Positions 10,501 to 22,654 of a stretch of DNA of 64,000 bases are shown here, piece after piece. The DNA is from Polyangiaceae bacterium (GTDB lineage Bacteria; Myxococcota_A; Polyangia; Polyangiales; Polyangiaceae). The position numbers and the translations under genes were made by a program. Numbering within the stretch: position 1 is the first letter of the stretch; every line of letters begins with the position of its first letter. A model generated the notes under the pieces. It searched no databases. It worked only from the letters and a program-made list of their open reading frames with translations, and was not told the origin of the DNA. The DNA is taken from NCBI GenBank assembly GCA_044376115.1, contig JBILLK010000004.1, positions 352,001 to 416,000 on the forward strand, in the 5' to 3' direction.

Positions 10501-11366
10501 ACTCCGGCGCAACAAAGCCCGAACGCCTCCACCGAGGTGCGGATCATGTTGGCGTCGAGATCGCTGCCCATGCGACGCGCGCTGGTGAAACCGATCCACA
10601 GCGGACGAGCTTGCGCCCCCGTGAGGCCGAAGGAGGCGGCGAGCTTGGCCACGCCCAACTTCAGCGCACGCACGAAGGCGATGCTGAGGCCCCAATCGGT
10701 GGAACCCTCGAGCACGACGCCGACGCGAGCGAGATCCTTGAGCTGGCCGGTCTGAAGCAGCGCCAGCAGGCTGCTGAGCGTCCAGGCGACGCCCTGGGAG
10801 AACGACCCGCCCGCGGCGATCACCCGCCCGGGCCAAAGCGCGACGTTGGGCAGCGGTGCTTCTCCAACCGACGGTGTCGCGAGGGCGCGGACTAGCCGCT
10901 CCTTCAGCGCACCGGCCTCACAGTGGGCCGCCTCCAGCTCGAGCACGTCAGCGAGCAGCCCGACGTTGAAGCCGCGCTCGCGCAGCGACGCAGCCAGCGC
11001 TTCACGCGCCTCGAGCTGCGCACCGGAGCTGGGTGCGAGCAACACCGGACACGGCGCTGCGAGCTGCGCCGCCGCACCCACCGACTCATCCAAATAGAGC
11101 AAATCCGCGCCGCCGCGCACGGCTGCGTCAGCCGCACCTAGCTCGTGCGCACGCAACCACTGCCCAACTAGCAACGGCCTTCGCTCGCTTACTTCCGGCG
11201 GCAAAAGCCCGCGCACTCGCTCGCCATCGGCAGCGCTGTACACAGGCTCGATGGGACCGTCGGCGTGCACCTTGTCGGTGAGCGCCTCAATCGGTCGACC
11301 TTTCAACGTGAGCGCTGCTGCCTGCTCCCACGCGCTGCGTGAAGCCAACGGAAACCCTGAGGTCAT
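7578..11366 (-). CDS. Methylmalonyl-CoA mutase, small (beta) and large (alpha) subunits fused in one ORF
   Basis: C-terminal ~670 aa: [40 protein letters not shown]-terminal ~555 aa is a degenerate mutase subunit ([39 protein letters not shown]). No stop between them. Confidence 0.9.
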   Translation of the reverse strand: MTSGFPLASRSAWEQAAALTLKGRPIEALTDKVHADGPIEPVYSAADGERVRGLLPPEVSERRPLLVGQWLRAHELGAADAAVRGGADLLYLDESVGAAAQLAAPCPVLLAPSSGAQLEAREALAASLRERGFNVGLLADVLELEAAHCEAGALKERLVRALATPSVGEAPLPNVALWPGRVIAAGGSFSQGVAWTLSSLLALLQTGQLKDLARVGVVLEGSTDWGLSIAFVRALKLGVAKLAASFGLTGAQARPLWIGFTSARRMGSDLDANMIRTSVEAFGLCCAGVEVLVARPHDAIAHRGQAAGDPLRLARNTGLVLRDEAHLMQVDDPAAGAYALEALTNQIARRGWEGMQALEAAGGVCSAAARKAFASELRQTAERAASRVRARKTVLVGINDFVAPGELPAVGAQLRFAGEQFDQQLASAFEAMRARVLGLESDRVLRLAVLGERGPLAARETFIRRFLESFGFTLGESPSAVAVLVGSDETYATLTAEAAAAALGDAKQVLVAGKPNEHVQALVTALGKQVHFVHLGTSDAVALVGALLNALGAGEGSPAASEATPAESASAVLSDGAASEFATRGFDEIALPPAPVGSSFDAGFPGFAPFRRGPYATMYVENPWTVRQYAGFSTAEESNAFYRKNLAGGQKGLSVAFDLATHRGYDSDHPRVTGDVGMAGVAIDSIEDMRILFEGIPLSEMSVSMTMNGAVLPIMALFVVAAEEQGTPARALSGTIQNDILKEFMVRNTYIYPPAPSMRIVGDILAYTAKEMPKFNSISISGYHMQEAGATADLELAYTILDGLEYVKTGVAAGLDVDHFAPRLSFFFAMGMDYFTEVAKLRAARVLWAEQMAAFSPKNPKSSMLRTHCQTSGWSLAAKDVYNNVVRTAVEALAATAGHTQSLHTNSLDEALALPTDYSARIARNTQLLLIHEAGTTRPIDPWGGSQLVERLTEELLTQARAHIQEIESHGGMVKAIEAGVPKLRIEEASARTQAAIDGKKRRIVGVNCFEPERADVVPVLRVETERVRATQLERLAKLKARRDSAAVAAALAALTAAARSSENLLAKSVEAARAGATVGEMSEALAEVFGRYAATPRGVSGVYARSMGEEPELVRAREAVARVREADGRAPRILLAKMGQDGHDRGQKIVATAFADLGFDVDIGPLFSTPEEAARQAIDNDVHVVGVSSLAAGHLTLVPALVKALAELGRADILVVVGGVIPPDDVPTLHALGACLVFGPGTNIPLAAESLCGVILKRLAE

Positions 11367-11404
11367 GCGCGACTGTTACCGCACTTCCCGCAGGGCGTGG
11401 AGTC

Positions 11405-14400
11405 TCACATGTTGCGTCGGTATTGGCCGCCAACCTGATACAGGCGGCTGGAGATTTGCCCGAGCGTGGCGACCTTGCTGACCTCCATCAACGCCTCGAA
11501 CAAGTTGCCGTTCTCCATCGCCGTGCGCTCCAGCGCATCGAGCGCCGGCCCGGTGCGACCTTCATTGCGCTTACGGAAGGCGTCGCGAGCCTCGATCGCC
11601 ATCTCGCGCTCCTCACGCGTCGAGCGGATGACCTCCTTGGGCAGGATCGTCGGTGAGCCCTCGGAGGAGAGGAAGGTGTTCACGCCGATGATCGGTAGCT
11701 CGCCGGTGTGCTTCTTGGTCTCGTACAAGAGCGACTCCTCTTGGATCTTGGTGCGCTGATACATGCGCTCCATCGCCCCGAGTACGCCGCCGCGCTCATT
11801 GATCGAGCGGAACTCGTGCAAGACGGCCTGCTCCACCAACTGCGTCAGCTCATCGATGATGAAGGAGCCCTGCAGTGGGTTCTCGTTGCGCGAGAGCCCG
11901 AGTTCCTCGTTGATCACCAGCTGAATCGCCAAGGCGCGACGCACGCTCTCCTCGGTCGGGGTGGTGATGGCCTCGTCGTAGGCGTTGGTGTGGAGCGAGT
12001 TGCAGTTGTCGTAGATGGCGTACAGCGCTTGCAACGTCGTGCGGATGTCGTTGAAGGCGATTTCCTGGGCGTGCAGGCTGCGACCGGAAGTTTGGATGTG
12101 GTACTTGAGCTTCTGCGAACGCTCGTTGGCGCCATATTTGTTGCGCATCGCCTTGGCCCACAAACGCCGGGCAACGCGGCCGATCACCGAGTACTCCGGG
12201 TCCAGCCCGTTGGAGAAGAAGAAGGAGAGGTTCGGCGCGAAGTCGTCGATGTTCATCCCGCGCGCGAGGTAGTACTCGACGTAGGTGAAGCCGTTGGCCA
12301 GCGTGAAGGCCAGCTGGGTGATCGGGTTCGCCCCGGCCTCGGCAATGTGATAGCCGCTGATCGACACCGAGTAGAAATTCCGCACCTGCTTGCGGATGAA
12401 GTAGTCCTGAATGTCGCCCATCATGCGCAGGGCAAATTCGGTGGAGAAGATGCAGGTGTTCTGCGCCTGATCTTCCTTCAGAATGTCGGCTTGGACGGTG
12501 CCACGCACGCGCGAGAGCGTGTCCTTCTTGATCGCTTCGTATTCGTCGCGGGTGAGTACGTCCTCTCCCGAGACGCCGAGCAGCAAGAGCCCGAGACCGT
12601 CATTGCCCTCCGGGAGGGAGCCGCGATAACGCGGACGCTCGAGCCCGCGATCGCGGTAGTGCGTCTCGATCGTGTCGGTCACCTGAGCGACGCGGCCTTG
12701 AGCGCGAATGTGCTTTTCGCACGCTTGATCGATGGCGGCGTTCATGAAGAAGGCCAACAACATCGGCGCCGGGCCGTTGATGGTCATCGACACGCTGGTC
12801 GAAGGATCGGCCAAATCGAAGCCCGAATAGAGCTTCTTGGCGTCGTCGACGTTGGCGATCGAAACGCCGCTGTTACCGATCTTGCCGAAGATGTCAGGCC
12901 GGTGATCCGGATCTTCACCGTAGAGCGTCACCGAGTCGAAGGCGGTGGAGAGCCGCTTGGCGGCCATCCCGCGCGAGACGTAGTGGAAGCGCTTGTTGGT
13001 GCGCTCGGCTCCGCCCTCCCCTGCGAACATGCGCGCCGGATCCTCGCCGTCACGCTTGAGCGGAAACACGCCCGCGGCGAACGGGAACGAGCCGGGCACG
13101 TTCTCGGTCATCAGCCACTCGAGCAAATCGCCCCAATCGGTGAAGGAAGGCAAAGCGACCTTGCGCACCTTGGTGCCGGATAGCGAGCTCCAGGTGAGCG
13201 GCAGCTCGATCGTCCGGCCGCGTACGTCGTAGCGGAAGACGTCGCCCGAAAGCCGCGCGCGCTCCTCTGGAAAACGACGCAGTAGCTTCTTGGCCTCGGT
13301 GGTCATCGCGTCCACCTCACGGTGATAACGCTCCACGAGCTCACGCACCGAGGGGCTGTCCCCCGGAAGATCCAGCACCTCGGGGATCAGCACGCTGGCG
13401 TCTTCCTTCACCCCGCGTAGCAAGTTGATGGTGCCGTACAAGCGATAGGCCGCACGCGCATGCGCCGCGTCGGTCTTCACGCCCTTGTCATAGCGATCCG
13501 ACGTCTCGGCGATCTCGGCCAAGTAGCGCACGCGATCCGCGGGCAAAACCGAGAGCGTGCGTTCGCGTTGGGTGTCGAGCGCGAGGCTTGATTCGAACGG
13601 CCCACCCGCTTTCCGCAGCCGATCGCAGATCGCGAGGTAGAGCGAGTTCATGCCGGCGTCGTTGAACTGCGAGGCGATGGTGCCGAACACCGGCACCTGG
13701 TCATCGGGAAGCGTGAAGGCCTCACGGCTGCGCTTCCACTGCTTCTTTACGTCGCGCAATGCATCCAGGCTGCCGCGCTTCTCGAACTTGTTGATGGCGA
13801 CCAAGTGCGCGTAGTCCAGCATGTCGATCTTCTCGAGCTGGGTGGCAGCGCCGTATTCGCTGGTCATCACGTACAACGAGACATCGCAGTGCTCGACGAT
13901 CTCAGTGTCGCTCTGACCGATGCCGCTGGTCTCGACGATCACCAGGTCGAAGCCGGCCGCCTTGCAGATGGCCACTGCGTCTTTGGCGTGACGACTCATC
14001 GCCACGTTCTCACGGCGGGTGGCGAGCGAACGCATGTACACGCGCGCGTTGTCGATCGCGTTCATGCGGATGCGGTCCCCCAAGAGGCCGCCGCCCGACT
14101 TCTTCTTGGTTGGATCGATCGACACGATGGCCACGCGCTTGTCCGAAAAATCACGCAAGAAGCGCAGCACCAGCTCGTCGATCAGGGAGCTCTTGCCCGA
14201 GCCGCCGGTGCCGGTCACGCCCAACACCGGCACCACTTTGTCCCCCTTGGGCAGCAGCGCGGCCAGCGTCTCCCCGACCTGCGGGACGTTCTCGACCAAG
14301 GAGATCAAACGGCCGATCGCCCGGTGTTTGCTGCTCGCGTTAGCGTTCGCCAGATCGGCGATCTCGCTGCTGACCGTCTTGACCGTCGGGAAGTCACAGC

Positions 14401-14818
14401 GCTCGAGCAAGTCGCGGATCATGCCCACGAGGCCCATGCTGCGGCCGTCATCCGGCGAGTAGATGCGCGTGATGCCGTAGGCGTGCAGCTCGGCGATTTC
14501 AGCGGGCAGGATGGTACCGCCGCCACCGCCGAACACCTTGATGTTGGCGCCGCGCTCCTTCAGCAAATCGTGGATGTACTTGAAGTACTCGACGTGGCCG
14601 CCCTGATAGCTGGTGACCGCGATGCCTTGGACGTCCTCCTCGATCGCGCACTCGACAATCTCTTGCGCCGAACGGTTGTGACCGAGGTGGATGACCTCGG
14701 CCCCGTTGGCCTGCAAGATGCGACGCATGATGTTGATCGCCGCGTCATGGCCATCAAAGAGCGAGGCTGCCGTGACGATACGAACTGCGTTCTTTAGGCG
14801 AAAGCTTTCCTCGGACAT
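11405..14818 (-). CDS. icmF: Fused isobutyryl-CoA mutase/GTPase IcmF
   Basis: N-terminal B12 domain ([13 protein letters not shown]), MeaI GTPase ([13 protein letters not shown]), mutase barrel with RMFAGEG (Phe specificity residue); 1137 aa. Confidence 0.95.
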   Translation of the reverse strand: MSEESFRLKNAVRIVTAASLFDGHDAAINIMRRILQANGAEVIHLGHNRSAQEIVECAIEEDVQGIAVTSYQGGHVEYFKYIHDLLKERGANIKVFGGGGGTILPAEIAELHAYGITRIYSPDDGRSMGLVGMIRDLLERCDFPTVKTVSSEIADLANANASSKHRAIGRLISLVENVPQVGETLAALLPKGDKVVPVLGVTGTGGSGKSSLIDELVLRFLRDFSDKRVAIVSIDPTKKKSGGGLLGDRIRMNAIDNARVYMRSLATRRENVAMSRHAKDAVAICKAAGFDLVIVETSGIGQSDTEIVEHCDVSLYVMTSEYGAATQLEKIDMLDYAHLVAINKFEKRGSLDALRDVKKQWKRSREAFTLPDDQVPVFGTIASQFNDAGMNSLYLAICDRLRKAGGPFESSLALDTQRERTLSVLPADRVRYLAEIAETSDRYDKGVKTDAAHARAAYRLYGTINLLRGVKEDASVLIPEVLDLPGDSPSVRELVERYHREVDAMTTEAKKLLRRFPEERARLSGDVFRYDVRGRTIELPLTWSSLSGTKVRKVALPSFTDWGDLLEWLMTENVPGSFPFAAGVFPLKRDGEDPARMFAGEGGAERTNKRFHYVSRGMAAKRLSTAFDSVTLYGEDPDHRPDIFGKIGNSGVSIANVDDAKKLYSGFDLADPSTSVSMTINGPAPMLLAFFMNAAIDQACEKHIRAQGRVAQVTDTIETHYRDRGLERPRYRGSLPEGNDGLGLLLLGVSGEDVLTRDEYEAIKKDTLSRVRGTVQADILKEDQAQNTCIFSTEFALRMMGDIQDYFIRKQVRNFYSVSISGYHIAEAGANPITQLAFTLANGFTYVEYYLARGMNIDDFAPNLSFFFSNGLDPEYSVIGRVARRLWAKAMRNKYGANERSQKLKYHIQTSGRSLHAQEIAFNDIRTTLQALYAIYDNCNSLHTNAYDEAITTPTEESVRRALAIQLVINEELGLSRNENPLQGSFIIDELTQLVEQAVLHEFRSINERGGVLGAMERMYQRTKIQEESLLYETKKHTGELPIIGVNTFLSSEGSPTILPKEVIRSTREEREMAIEARDAFRKRNEGRTGPALDALERTAMENGNLFEALMEVSKVATLGQISSRLYQVGGQYRRNM

Positions 14819-14856
14819 TCGCTCGCTGACTTAACACTTCCGGCTGCGGGTTCTAA

Positions 14857-16914
<2,058 letters not shown>

Positions 16915-16956
16915 AGAGCGCCAGGCCTACCGCTCAAGAAGAAAATCTTTGGGCCG

Positions 16957-16983
16957 TGTCGATCCGCGGCCTCCTGCTTCGTC
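16957..16983 (+). promoter_or_regulatory. Putative ECF42-type promoter (TGTCGA-N17-CGTC)
   Basis: TGTCGA at 16957-16962 and CGTC at 16980-16983, upstream of DoxX and DGPF/YCII genes, the gene class typical of ECF42 regulons. Confidence 0.6.
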
Positions 16984-17076
16984 GCCCTGCCGAAACCAGG
17001 ACTTGGGCACACTGGCCCTCAAGCAGGAAAGGTAATGACCACGCGTATGCCGTAACTCGAACAATCGCCCACTACT

Positions 17077-17493
17077 TTGACCCGGTCGAGCGCACCGGGC
17101 TCCGGACAGCTCTGGGCTGGCCGCGTTCTCAGCGGGGTTCCCACGCTATTTCTGCTCATGGACGGGGGCATGAAGCTGGTCAAGCCGGCGCCGGTCGTGG
17201 AAGCCACGGTGCAGCTTGGTTATCCCGAATCGAGCATTGTTGGCTTGGGTGTGGTCCTGCTCGTCAGCACCGTGCTGTACGTGATACCGCGCACCGCCTT
17301 GCTCGGTGGGCTGCTCCTCACCGGCTACCTCGGCGGCGCCGTTGCAACCCACGTTCGTGTTTCCGCCCCGCTTTTCAACGCGATCTTCCCGGCTCTCCTC
17401 GGCGCCCTGCTTTGGGGCGGCCTGTGGCTACGCGACAGTCGGGTGCGAGAGCTGTTACCGCTTCGAGCTACGAAAGAAGGAGTCGAGCAATGA
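17077..17493 (+). CDS. DoxX family membrane protein
   Basis: LFLLMDGGMKL, LGYP, LYVIPRTALLGGLLLTGYLGGAVATHVR; the better start (RBS + ATG 17035) is blocked by an in-frame TAA at 17053. Confidence 0.85.
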   Translation: MTRSSAPGSGQLWAGRVLSGVPTLFLLMDGGMKLVKPAPVVEATVQLGYPESSIVGLGVVLLVSTVLYVIPRTALLGGLLLTGYLGGAVATHVRVSAPLFNAIFPALLGALLWGGLWLRDSRVRELLPLRATKEGVEQ

Positions 17494-17654
17494 GAGTCAT
17501 GGTCATCGTCAAGGCGACGAAGAACTCTGAAGCGGGCGTGATGCCGAGCGAGGAACTGCTCACCGCGATGGGCAAGTACAACGAAGAGCTGGTCAAGGCG
17601 GGCGTGATGCTCGGCGGCGACGGCCTCCACCCGAGCGCCAAAGGCCAGCGTGTG
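17490..17654 (+). pseudogene. Truncated YCII/DGPF-family gene (N-terminal half only)
   Basis: MRVMVIVKATKNSEAGVMPSEELLTAMGKYNEELVKAGVMLGGDGLHPSAKGQRV is a typical DGPF-protein N-terminus, but the DGPF motif never follows; the frame runs on as unrelated sequence to 18014. Confidence 0.8.
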
Positions 17655-18480
17655 TGCCTGCGCTCGCCGGGTTTGGAAGACGTTACCAGTCGCCTTGCTG
17701 TTGGAGCTGGGCTGTCAGGTGCAGGTCCGCAACAAGGAGGGGTCAACGCCGCTTCACTGCGCCGCAGACGGGAAGAACCTCGAGGCTGTGCGTACGCTGC
17801 TCGCGCACGGGGTCGAGTGCAATGCCCTCGACCAGAACCAACACACCCCGCTCGAATACGCGCTCTTGCGCGCCTCGAACGTCGACCTCCCAAGGCTTGC
17901 GCCGATCGCCGAGGCGCTGGTGCAAGCGGGAGCTACCGTCTCGAGCAAGGCGCAGGATTCAGTCCGCAGGCTCGCTACGACCTTCGACTTTCACCGCGCC
18001 AAGCTCGACGCTGAGTTGCTCAAGGCGGGCTCTTCAGCCCTCGACTCGTTGTGCGGGTTGCTCTCGGTCGAGAAGCCGGCGCCACGTCGGCTCCACGTCG
18101 GCAGCGAGGCCATCACGGTCAACGCCAGCACCTGGCAGAAGCAACACGCCGAGCTGTGGCAGCTGCTCGTCCCCTCGTCCGGCCCGGCGAAGACCGTCCA
18201 AGGCGAGGTCATTCGCATCAGCGGCCGGATCGGCGACGAGCTGCACCGCAACGGCGGTTGCAACTGGGACACACACTACGGCGCGATGGCCGAGGCGCTG
18301 CTCGGCCATGTGCAGACGCAGGCTGCGCTGACCGAGCAGGAGCTTCACGAGCTGCGCGCCGCGGTGAAGACGCTGCATCGTGAGGACGCAGCAAGCGCGA
18401 CGACGGCGCGGCTTGCGGTGGCATGGGTGCTGAAGAACCCGACGCCTGTGACGCTGAGCAAACCCGCGTACAAACGCTGA
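17650..18480 (+). CDS. Ankyrin-repeat protein, probably lacking its N-terminus
   Basis: LLLELG..RNKEGSTPLHCAA..LLAHG..NALDQNQHTPL; begins mid-repeat with no RBS, at the YCII breakpoint. Confidence 0.75.
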   Translation: MCACARRVWKTLPVALLLELGCQVQVRNKEGSTPLHCAADGKNLEAVRTLLAHGVECNALDQNQHTPLEYALLRASNVDLPRLAPIAEALVQAGATVSSKAQDSVRRLATTFDFHRAKLDAELLKAGSSALDSLCGLLSVEKPAPRRLHVGSEAITVNASTWQKQHAELWQLLVPSSGPAKTVQGEVIRISGRIGDELHRNGGCNWDTHYGAMAEALLGHVQTQAALTEQELHELRAAVKTLHREDAASATTARLAVAWVLKNPTPVTLSKPAYKR

Positions 18481-18489
18481 GCGCCGTTC

Positions 18490-19812
18490 TCATTTCGGTA
18501 GCTCGTCGGAGGGGGCTGGGAGCGCTCCGGCCGCCTCGACCGACTCGCCTTCCGCAGCGCGAATTCGACTCGGACCGAACCACTCGTCGTAGGCCTCGGA
18601 CCAACCGTCGTAGCTGCAAAGATGCAGCGACTCGAAGCGACCCTTCACCCGCGCCGGGTACCACTTCTTGGAGCTCGATTTGACCATCACCGCGGCGCCA
18701 TCCTCGTATTGCGCTGGTCGGAAGGGGCGGGTTCGTTCAAGCGAGACCCATTCATCCGACTCGGTCTTGAGGTTGGCGGTGTAGTGGACCTTCAGCTCTG
18801 TGCCGCGGGCCTCGATCACCTCGGCAGCGTAGAAGCTCCCGCGTTCGGAGCTTCCCTTCGGCGGCGCCGGCCACTCCACCTCGAGCCGCTCACCAACCCG
18901 CGGGTGGCTTTTGCGGGCGGCCTTGGCCAAAGCAAAAGCCGGTGAAAGCCCCGGGCTGATCAAGGAGATGGAGCGCCCCTCGGCGATGAAGGCCATGTGA
19001 CGGCTGGCGTAACGCGCGAGGTCGGAGAGCGAGACCGCGCCGTCGGCGTCTTCATCGACCACCGGGTTGCCGGAGAACGCCCGAATTAGTAAATCGACGA
19101 AGCGCCAGCCGCTCCAGGCCACCTGGTGTGCACCGGTCGAACTGACGGCGCCGTACGCAAAGCCCTGGCCGCTGCGCCGCTTCACACTTTGCTCCGCCTT
19201 CTCGACGAAGCCGCCGGAGTAGCAGGTGTCCGAAAACAGCAGCACGTTGGCGCCGCGAAAGCTGCTCTCCAGCGGCGCAAGAATCGTCTCCACCGGCAAG
19301 TGGCCGTCAAACGAGGAGAAGCCGTGCGCGTCGGTCTTGGCCTTGTAGGAGCCGTGCGAACCGACATAGATGAGCAGCGTCTCATCCGGCTTGGACTGAG
19401 CGAGCGCCGCTGCAAGCTGTGTTTGAATGGCCTCGCTCGTGGCCGCTTGGTCGGCGAGGTGAACCAGCTGCTCACGAGGGACACCGCGCGTACGCAAGAG
19501 CTCGACGAAGGCTGGATCATTGCGCTCGCTGATCGACCAGGTGGATTGGCCCTCCGGCTCGCCTTGGAAGCGCCCGAGACAAACCACGAAGGCGCGCGTT
19601 TTTTCGGGCAGCCAAACGCTGGCGGCTTGCTTCGCCGAGGATCGCTGGTTTTCCTCGTCGCGGTGGGGAGAGACCGCTGCTCCCGGACCAAGCGGGCTGG
19701 CTTTGCCTTCACAGCCGAATAGCGCTGCGCTCGTCGCTGACAAACCCAACGAAAGCGTGGCTCTGCGAGAGATAGTCACAGCTGTAGCGTCGTTCGCCTT
19801 GGTCCCCATCAC
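18490..19812 (-). CDS. Clan CD (caspase/legumain-like) cysteine peptidase, Tat lipoprotein, with two Tudor/Agenet-like C-terminal domains
   Basis: SRRATL..ALFGC leader; LLIYVGSHG and LFSDTCYSGG dyad; VGERLEVEW..FYAAEV..KVHY..DEWV and WYPARV..SYDGW..YDEW. Confidence 0.75.
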   Translation of the reverse strand: MMGTKANDATAVTISRRATLSLGLSATSAALFGCEGKASPLGPGAAVSPHRDEENQRSSAKQAASVWLPEKTRAFVVCLGRFQGEPEGQSTWSISERNDPAFVELLRTRGVPREQLVHLADQAATSEAIQTQLAAALAQSKPDETLLIYVGSHGSYKAKTDAHGFSSFDGHLPVETILAPLESSFRGANVLLFSDTCYSGGFVEKAEQSVKRRSGQGFAYGAVSSTGAHQVAWSGWRFVDLLIRAFSGNPVVDEDADGAVSLSDLARYASRHMAFIAEGRSISLISPGLSPAFALAKAARKSHPRVGERLEVEWPAPPKGSSERGSFYAAEVIEARGTELKVHYTANLKTESDEWVSLERTRPFRPAQYEDGAAVMVKSSSKKWYPARVKGRFESLHLCSYDGWSEAYDEWFGPSRIRAAEGESVEAAGALPAPSDELPK

Positions 19813-19879
19813 AATAGCAGCGGGATTTCAGCGCAAGGCCGTTAGACTCACCAGCAACCTTTTCCCCTGGAGACCCTTC

Positions 19880-20401
19880 ATGCGCTCGACTCAGCCCCGC
19901 TGGTCAACGATTGGCCTCGCCCTCCTGCTCGCAGCCTGCGGTTCCTCCGCAGCAAACGGCGGCGCACAAGCCAACGGCGAGGCGACCGAGAGCACCGAGC
20001 CGGCCTCCAACGCCAAACAGCGGGAGGCCAAGGTCCGCAAGGCGATCGAGTCCTTTCTAAACGCGCCGCAAAAGGGAGCTGACGCACGTGCCATCGTCAA
20101 CTTCGTGGGCGAGAGTCCGGACGTGATGGTGGTGTATCGCGAGTCGTTGCTCTCGGCGGAGGGCTCTACGAAGGACATCGATCAGCTGATGCTCGCCGCC
20201 TTCGCCGCCGGCAACGTGCTTGCCCAGCTCGACGCCGGGCGGAAAGAGGACATGCCGGTCGCTGGGGTGCGAGCCCTGCTCACCGCCTACTCCAAGCTCA
20301 AGGCCCAAGACCCTGCGCTGAAGATCGCCAAGTTCGAGGAGTACGCGACGCATGAGGCCAAGGGCACGCTCGAGGCCCACGTCAAAGAGCTCGCGAAGTA
20401 A
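19880..20401 (+). CDS. Hypothetical lipoprotein
   Basis: GGAG RBS before ATG 19880; LALLLAAC lipobox; GC-rich third codon positions. Confidence 0.7.
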   Translation: MRSTQPRWSTIGLALLLAACGSSAANGGAQANGEATESTEPASNAKQREAKVRKAIESFLNAPQKGADARAIVNFVGESPDVMVVYRESLLSAEGSTKDIDQLMLAAFAAGNVLAQLDAGRKEDMPVAGVRALLTAYSKLKAQDPALKIAKFEEYATHEAKGTLEAHVKELAK

Positions 20402-20412
20402 GAGGCTCACGG

Positions 20413-21033
20413 TTGAACTCGACCCCTGCCCCTTCGGCCGCCCTGCGCTTCTCCCTTCTTACGCTCACGGCGGCCTTCGCGCTGACCAGCTTCGCGTGCT
20501 TGCTCCTCGCAGTGGATGCAACGATCCGGCGCGTACCGCGGCTCGACCTGCTGCTCGCATTGTCAGACCCACCCGTCGTGGCCTCGACCGGCTTGGCCGC
20601 TTTGTGCGCCTGGCGCGCGAAGGGTGAGCACCGGCGCGCGGCCTTGCCGCTGACGATGGCGGCCGTCGCGTTGGCCCTGGTCGCGGTGGTGGTACTCGGC
20701 GATTTGGTGCTCTCCTATCGCGCCCCGCACTCGGCGTTGGTGCCGATCTGGTCGTCCAAGCCCGCAGGAATCTTGGCTGACGTGGGCACCTTGGTGGGCG
20801 TCGCTGGAGCCGCTTGGGGCGCGAGGCAACTGCTGCTTGTACAAGCGAAAGCGTGGCCTCCGGGCCTCACGCCGCTGCTGGTGATCGGGCTGCTAGCCCA
20901 ACTCGCCTTTACCGTCTCCGGCTTGCTCGGCCGGCCGCCCTGGCCGCTGCGAGTCGGCCAAGCGTTGCTGTTTGCGGCAGGAGCCGTGAGCGCTGGGCTC
21001 GCAGCTGCGGCGCTGCGTCGAACCCCACGCTGA
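20413..21033 (+). CDS. Hypothetical multi-pass membrane protein
   Basis: About 6 hydrophobic segments; 11 bp after the previous gene. Confidence 0.6.
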   Translation: MNSTPAPSAALRFSLLTLTAAFALTSFACLLLAVDATIRRVPRLDLLLALSDPPVVASTGLAALCAWRAKGEHRRAALPLTMAAVALALVAVVVLGDLVLSYRAPHSALVPIWSSKPAGILADVGTLVGVAGAAWGARQLLLVQAKAWPPGLTPLLVIGLLAQLAFTVSGLLGRPPWPLRVGQALLFAAGAVSAGLAAAALRRTPR

Positions 21034-21184
21034 CCCGCGGGTAGCCGGCGCAAAGTCTGCGGCGAGAAGGCAGAAGCTGCGTTCGCGCCCGCGCTGCGCA
21101 GCGAGAATGGCCCAGAGTGCTGCAGATCACCTGCAGGCACGGTTCGGCTCAGTTCCTGCTTAGCCACTCGCGGGGGTTACGAGG

Positions 21185-22270
21185 GTGGAAAGGCAAAAGC
21201 CTAGCGGCCAGCAGTTTGTCCAGCGTCCGGTCTGTGACGAGGCGTCGATCCTCGACAGCCTCGGCGCAGGCGTTCTTTCGATGCGCGCGGATGGGCTGAT
21301 CCTGCGCGCGAACACGGGCGCAGAGCGCATCCTGCGGAGACCCGCCCGCGAGCTCGAAGGAAAGCTCGTCGATGCGGTGATCGCACCGCTTGCCGGTCTC
21401 GAGTCGGCGGCGCTCGAGCCGGTGACCGGGAGGCATGAGCTCGCGGTGCAACTCGGCGACGGCACGCTCGGCTCGATCGGCTACGGGCTGACGCACTTCA
21501 TCGCGACCGACGGCAGCAAGCGTTTCGTCCTTCAGTTTCAGGATATCGCGCCGGTGCTCGAGCTCTACCGCCAGAAGGATCGGCTGCTGGCGATGGCGGC
21601 GCTCGGGGATGCGCTGCCGTCGGTCCTGCACGAGCTGCGCAACCCGCTGGCCGCCGTTACCGCGCGACTCGAGTTGATGGTGGAAGAATCGAGCGGCGAG
21701 CTGCAAACCGACTTGCATGCGGTGCTCGCCGAAGTGCGCCGCATGGGCCTCGGCCTCGACGGGGTGGGCGGCTTCGTCCGCTCGGCGCGGGCCTCGGGCA
21801 ATACGGCCATCGACTTGGCGGTGGAAGAGGCCTGCCGCGTGCTTACGCCGGTCGCAGAGCGAGCCTCGGTGCGCCTGATCTCACGTGGTTCCTCCTTGCC
21901 GCTCTTGCCGATCGATCGCGGCGTGATCAGCGGATTGGTGTTCAACCTGGTCAAGAACTCGATCGACGCCTGCCGCAGCGGCGGGACGATCGAGGTCACC
22001 GCCTTGCTCGAGGACGGCGGCCAGGTGTTCGCGTTGCGCGTCGAGGACGACGGCTGCGGCATGAGCAAAGCGGTGCTCGCCCGCTGCACCGACCTGTTCT
22101 TCACCAACAAGGACAAAGGCTCGGGCATCGGCTTGGCGCTGTGCAAGCGCGTCGCTGATTCCTCGGGCGGCAGCCTCGAGATCCAGAGTGAGCCCCACAA
22201 GGGCACGGTCGTAACGGTTCGCGTTCCAGTTCCGCGGAAACGCCAAGCACAAGAAGGAAGCTACGCATGA
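21185..22270 (+). CDS. Cytoplasmic PAS-domain sensor histidine kinase
   Basis: PAS (ILDSLGAGV..DGLILRAN..AERIL), H-box HELRNPL, N-box NLVKNSIDA, EDDGCGM, KGSGIGL; no TM segment. Confidence 0.9.
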   Translation: MERQKPSGQQFVQRPVCDEASILDSLGAGVLSMRADGLILRANTGAERILRRPARELEGKLVDAVIAPLAGLESAALEPVTGRHELAVQLGDGTLGSIGYGLTHFIATDGSKRFVLQFQDIAPVLELYRQKDRLLAMAALGDALPSVLHELRNPLAAVTARLELMVEESSGELQTDLHAVLAEVRRMGLGLDGVGGFVRSARASGNTAIDLAVEEACRVLTPVAERASVRLISRGSSLPLLPIDRGVISGLVFNLVKNSIDACRSGGTIEVTALLEDGGQVFALRVEDDGCGMSKAVLARCTDLFFTNKDKGSGIGLALCKRVADSSGGSLEIQSEPHKGTVVTVRVPVPRKRQAQEGSYA

Positions 22271-22632
22271 GTCGAGTCGAGAATCTCAATCGCATCCTCC
22301 GGTCTCTTCAAAGCGCCTCCCCCGACATCGAGGCCAGCGCCTTGATCTCCGACGACGGCCTGATGATCGCTAGCGCGCTACCGCAACACGTCGACGAGAC
22401 GCGCGTCGCCGGTATGAGCGCGACCCTCTCGAGCCTCGGCGCGCGCGCCGCTGCCGAGCTCGAGCGCGGCGAGGTAGAGGAGGTGCTCGTGCGCGGCAAA
22501 AGTGGCTACGCCGTGATGATCGCCTCCGGCTCCGGAACGCTGCTGCTCTGTCTCGCGAGCAAGCAAGCCAAGCTCGGTCTCGTCTTCTTGGATATGCGTC
22601 GCTCGGTCGAAGAAATCCGCAAGGTCCTCTAA
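22267..22632 (+). CDS. Roadblock/LC7 (MglB-like) protein
   Basis: DIEASALISDDGLMIAS, VAGMSATL, KLGLVFLDMRR; 121 aa; ATGA overlap with the kinase. Confidence 0.92.
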   Translation: MSRVENLNRILRSLQSASPDIEASALISDDGLMIASALPQHVDETRVAGMSATLSSLGARAAAELERGEVEEVLVRGKSGYAVMIASGSGTLLLCLASKQAKLGLVFLDMRRSVEEIRKVL

Positions 22633-22654
22633 CCGCTCACCCACGAGAACTTCA

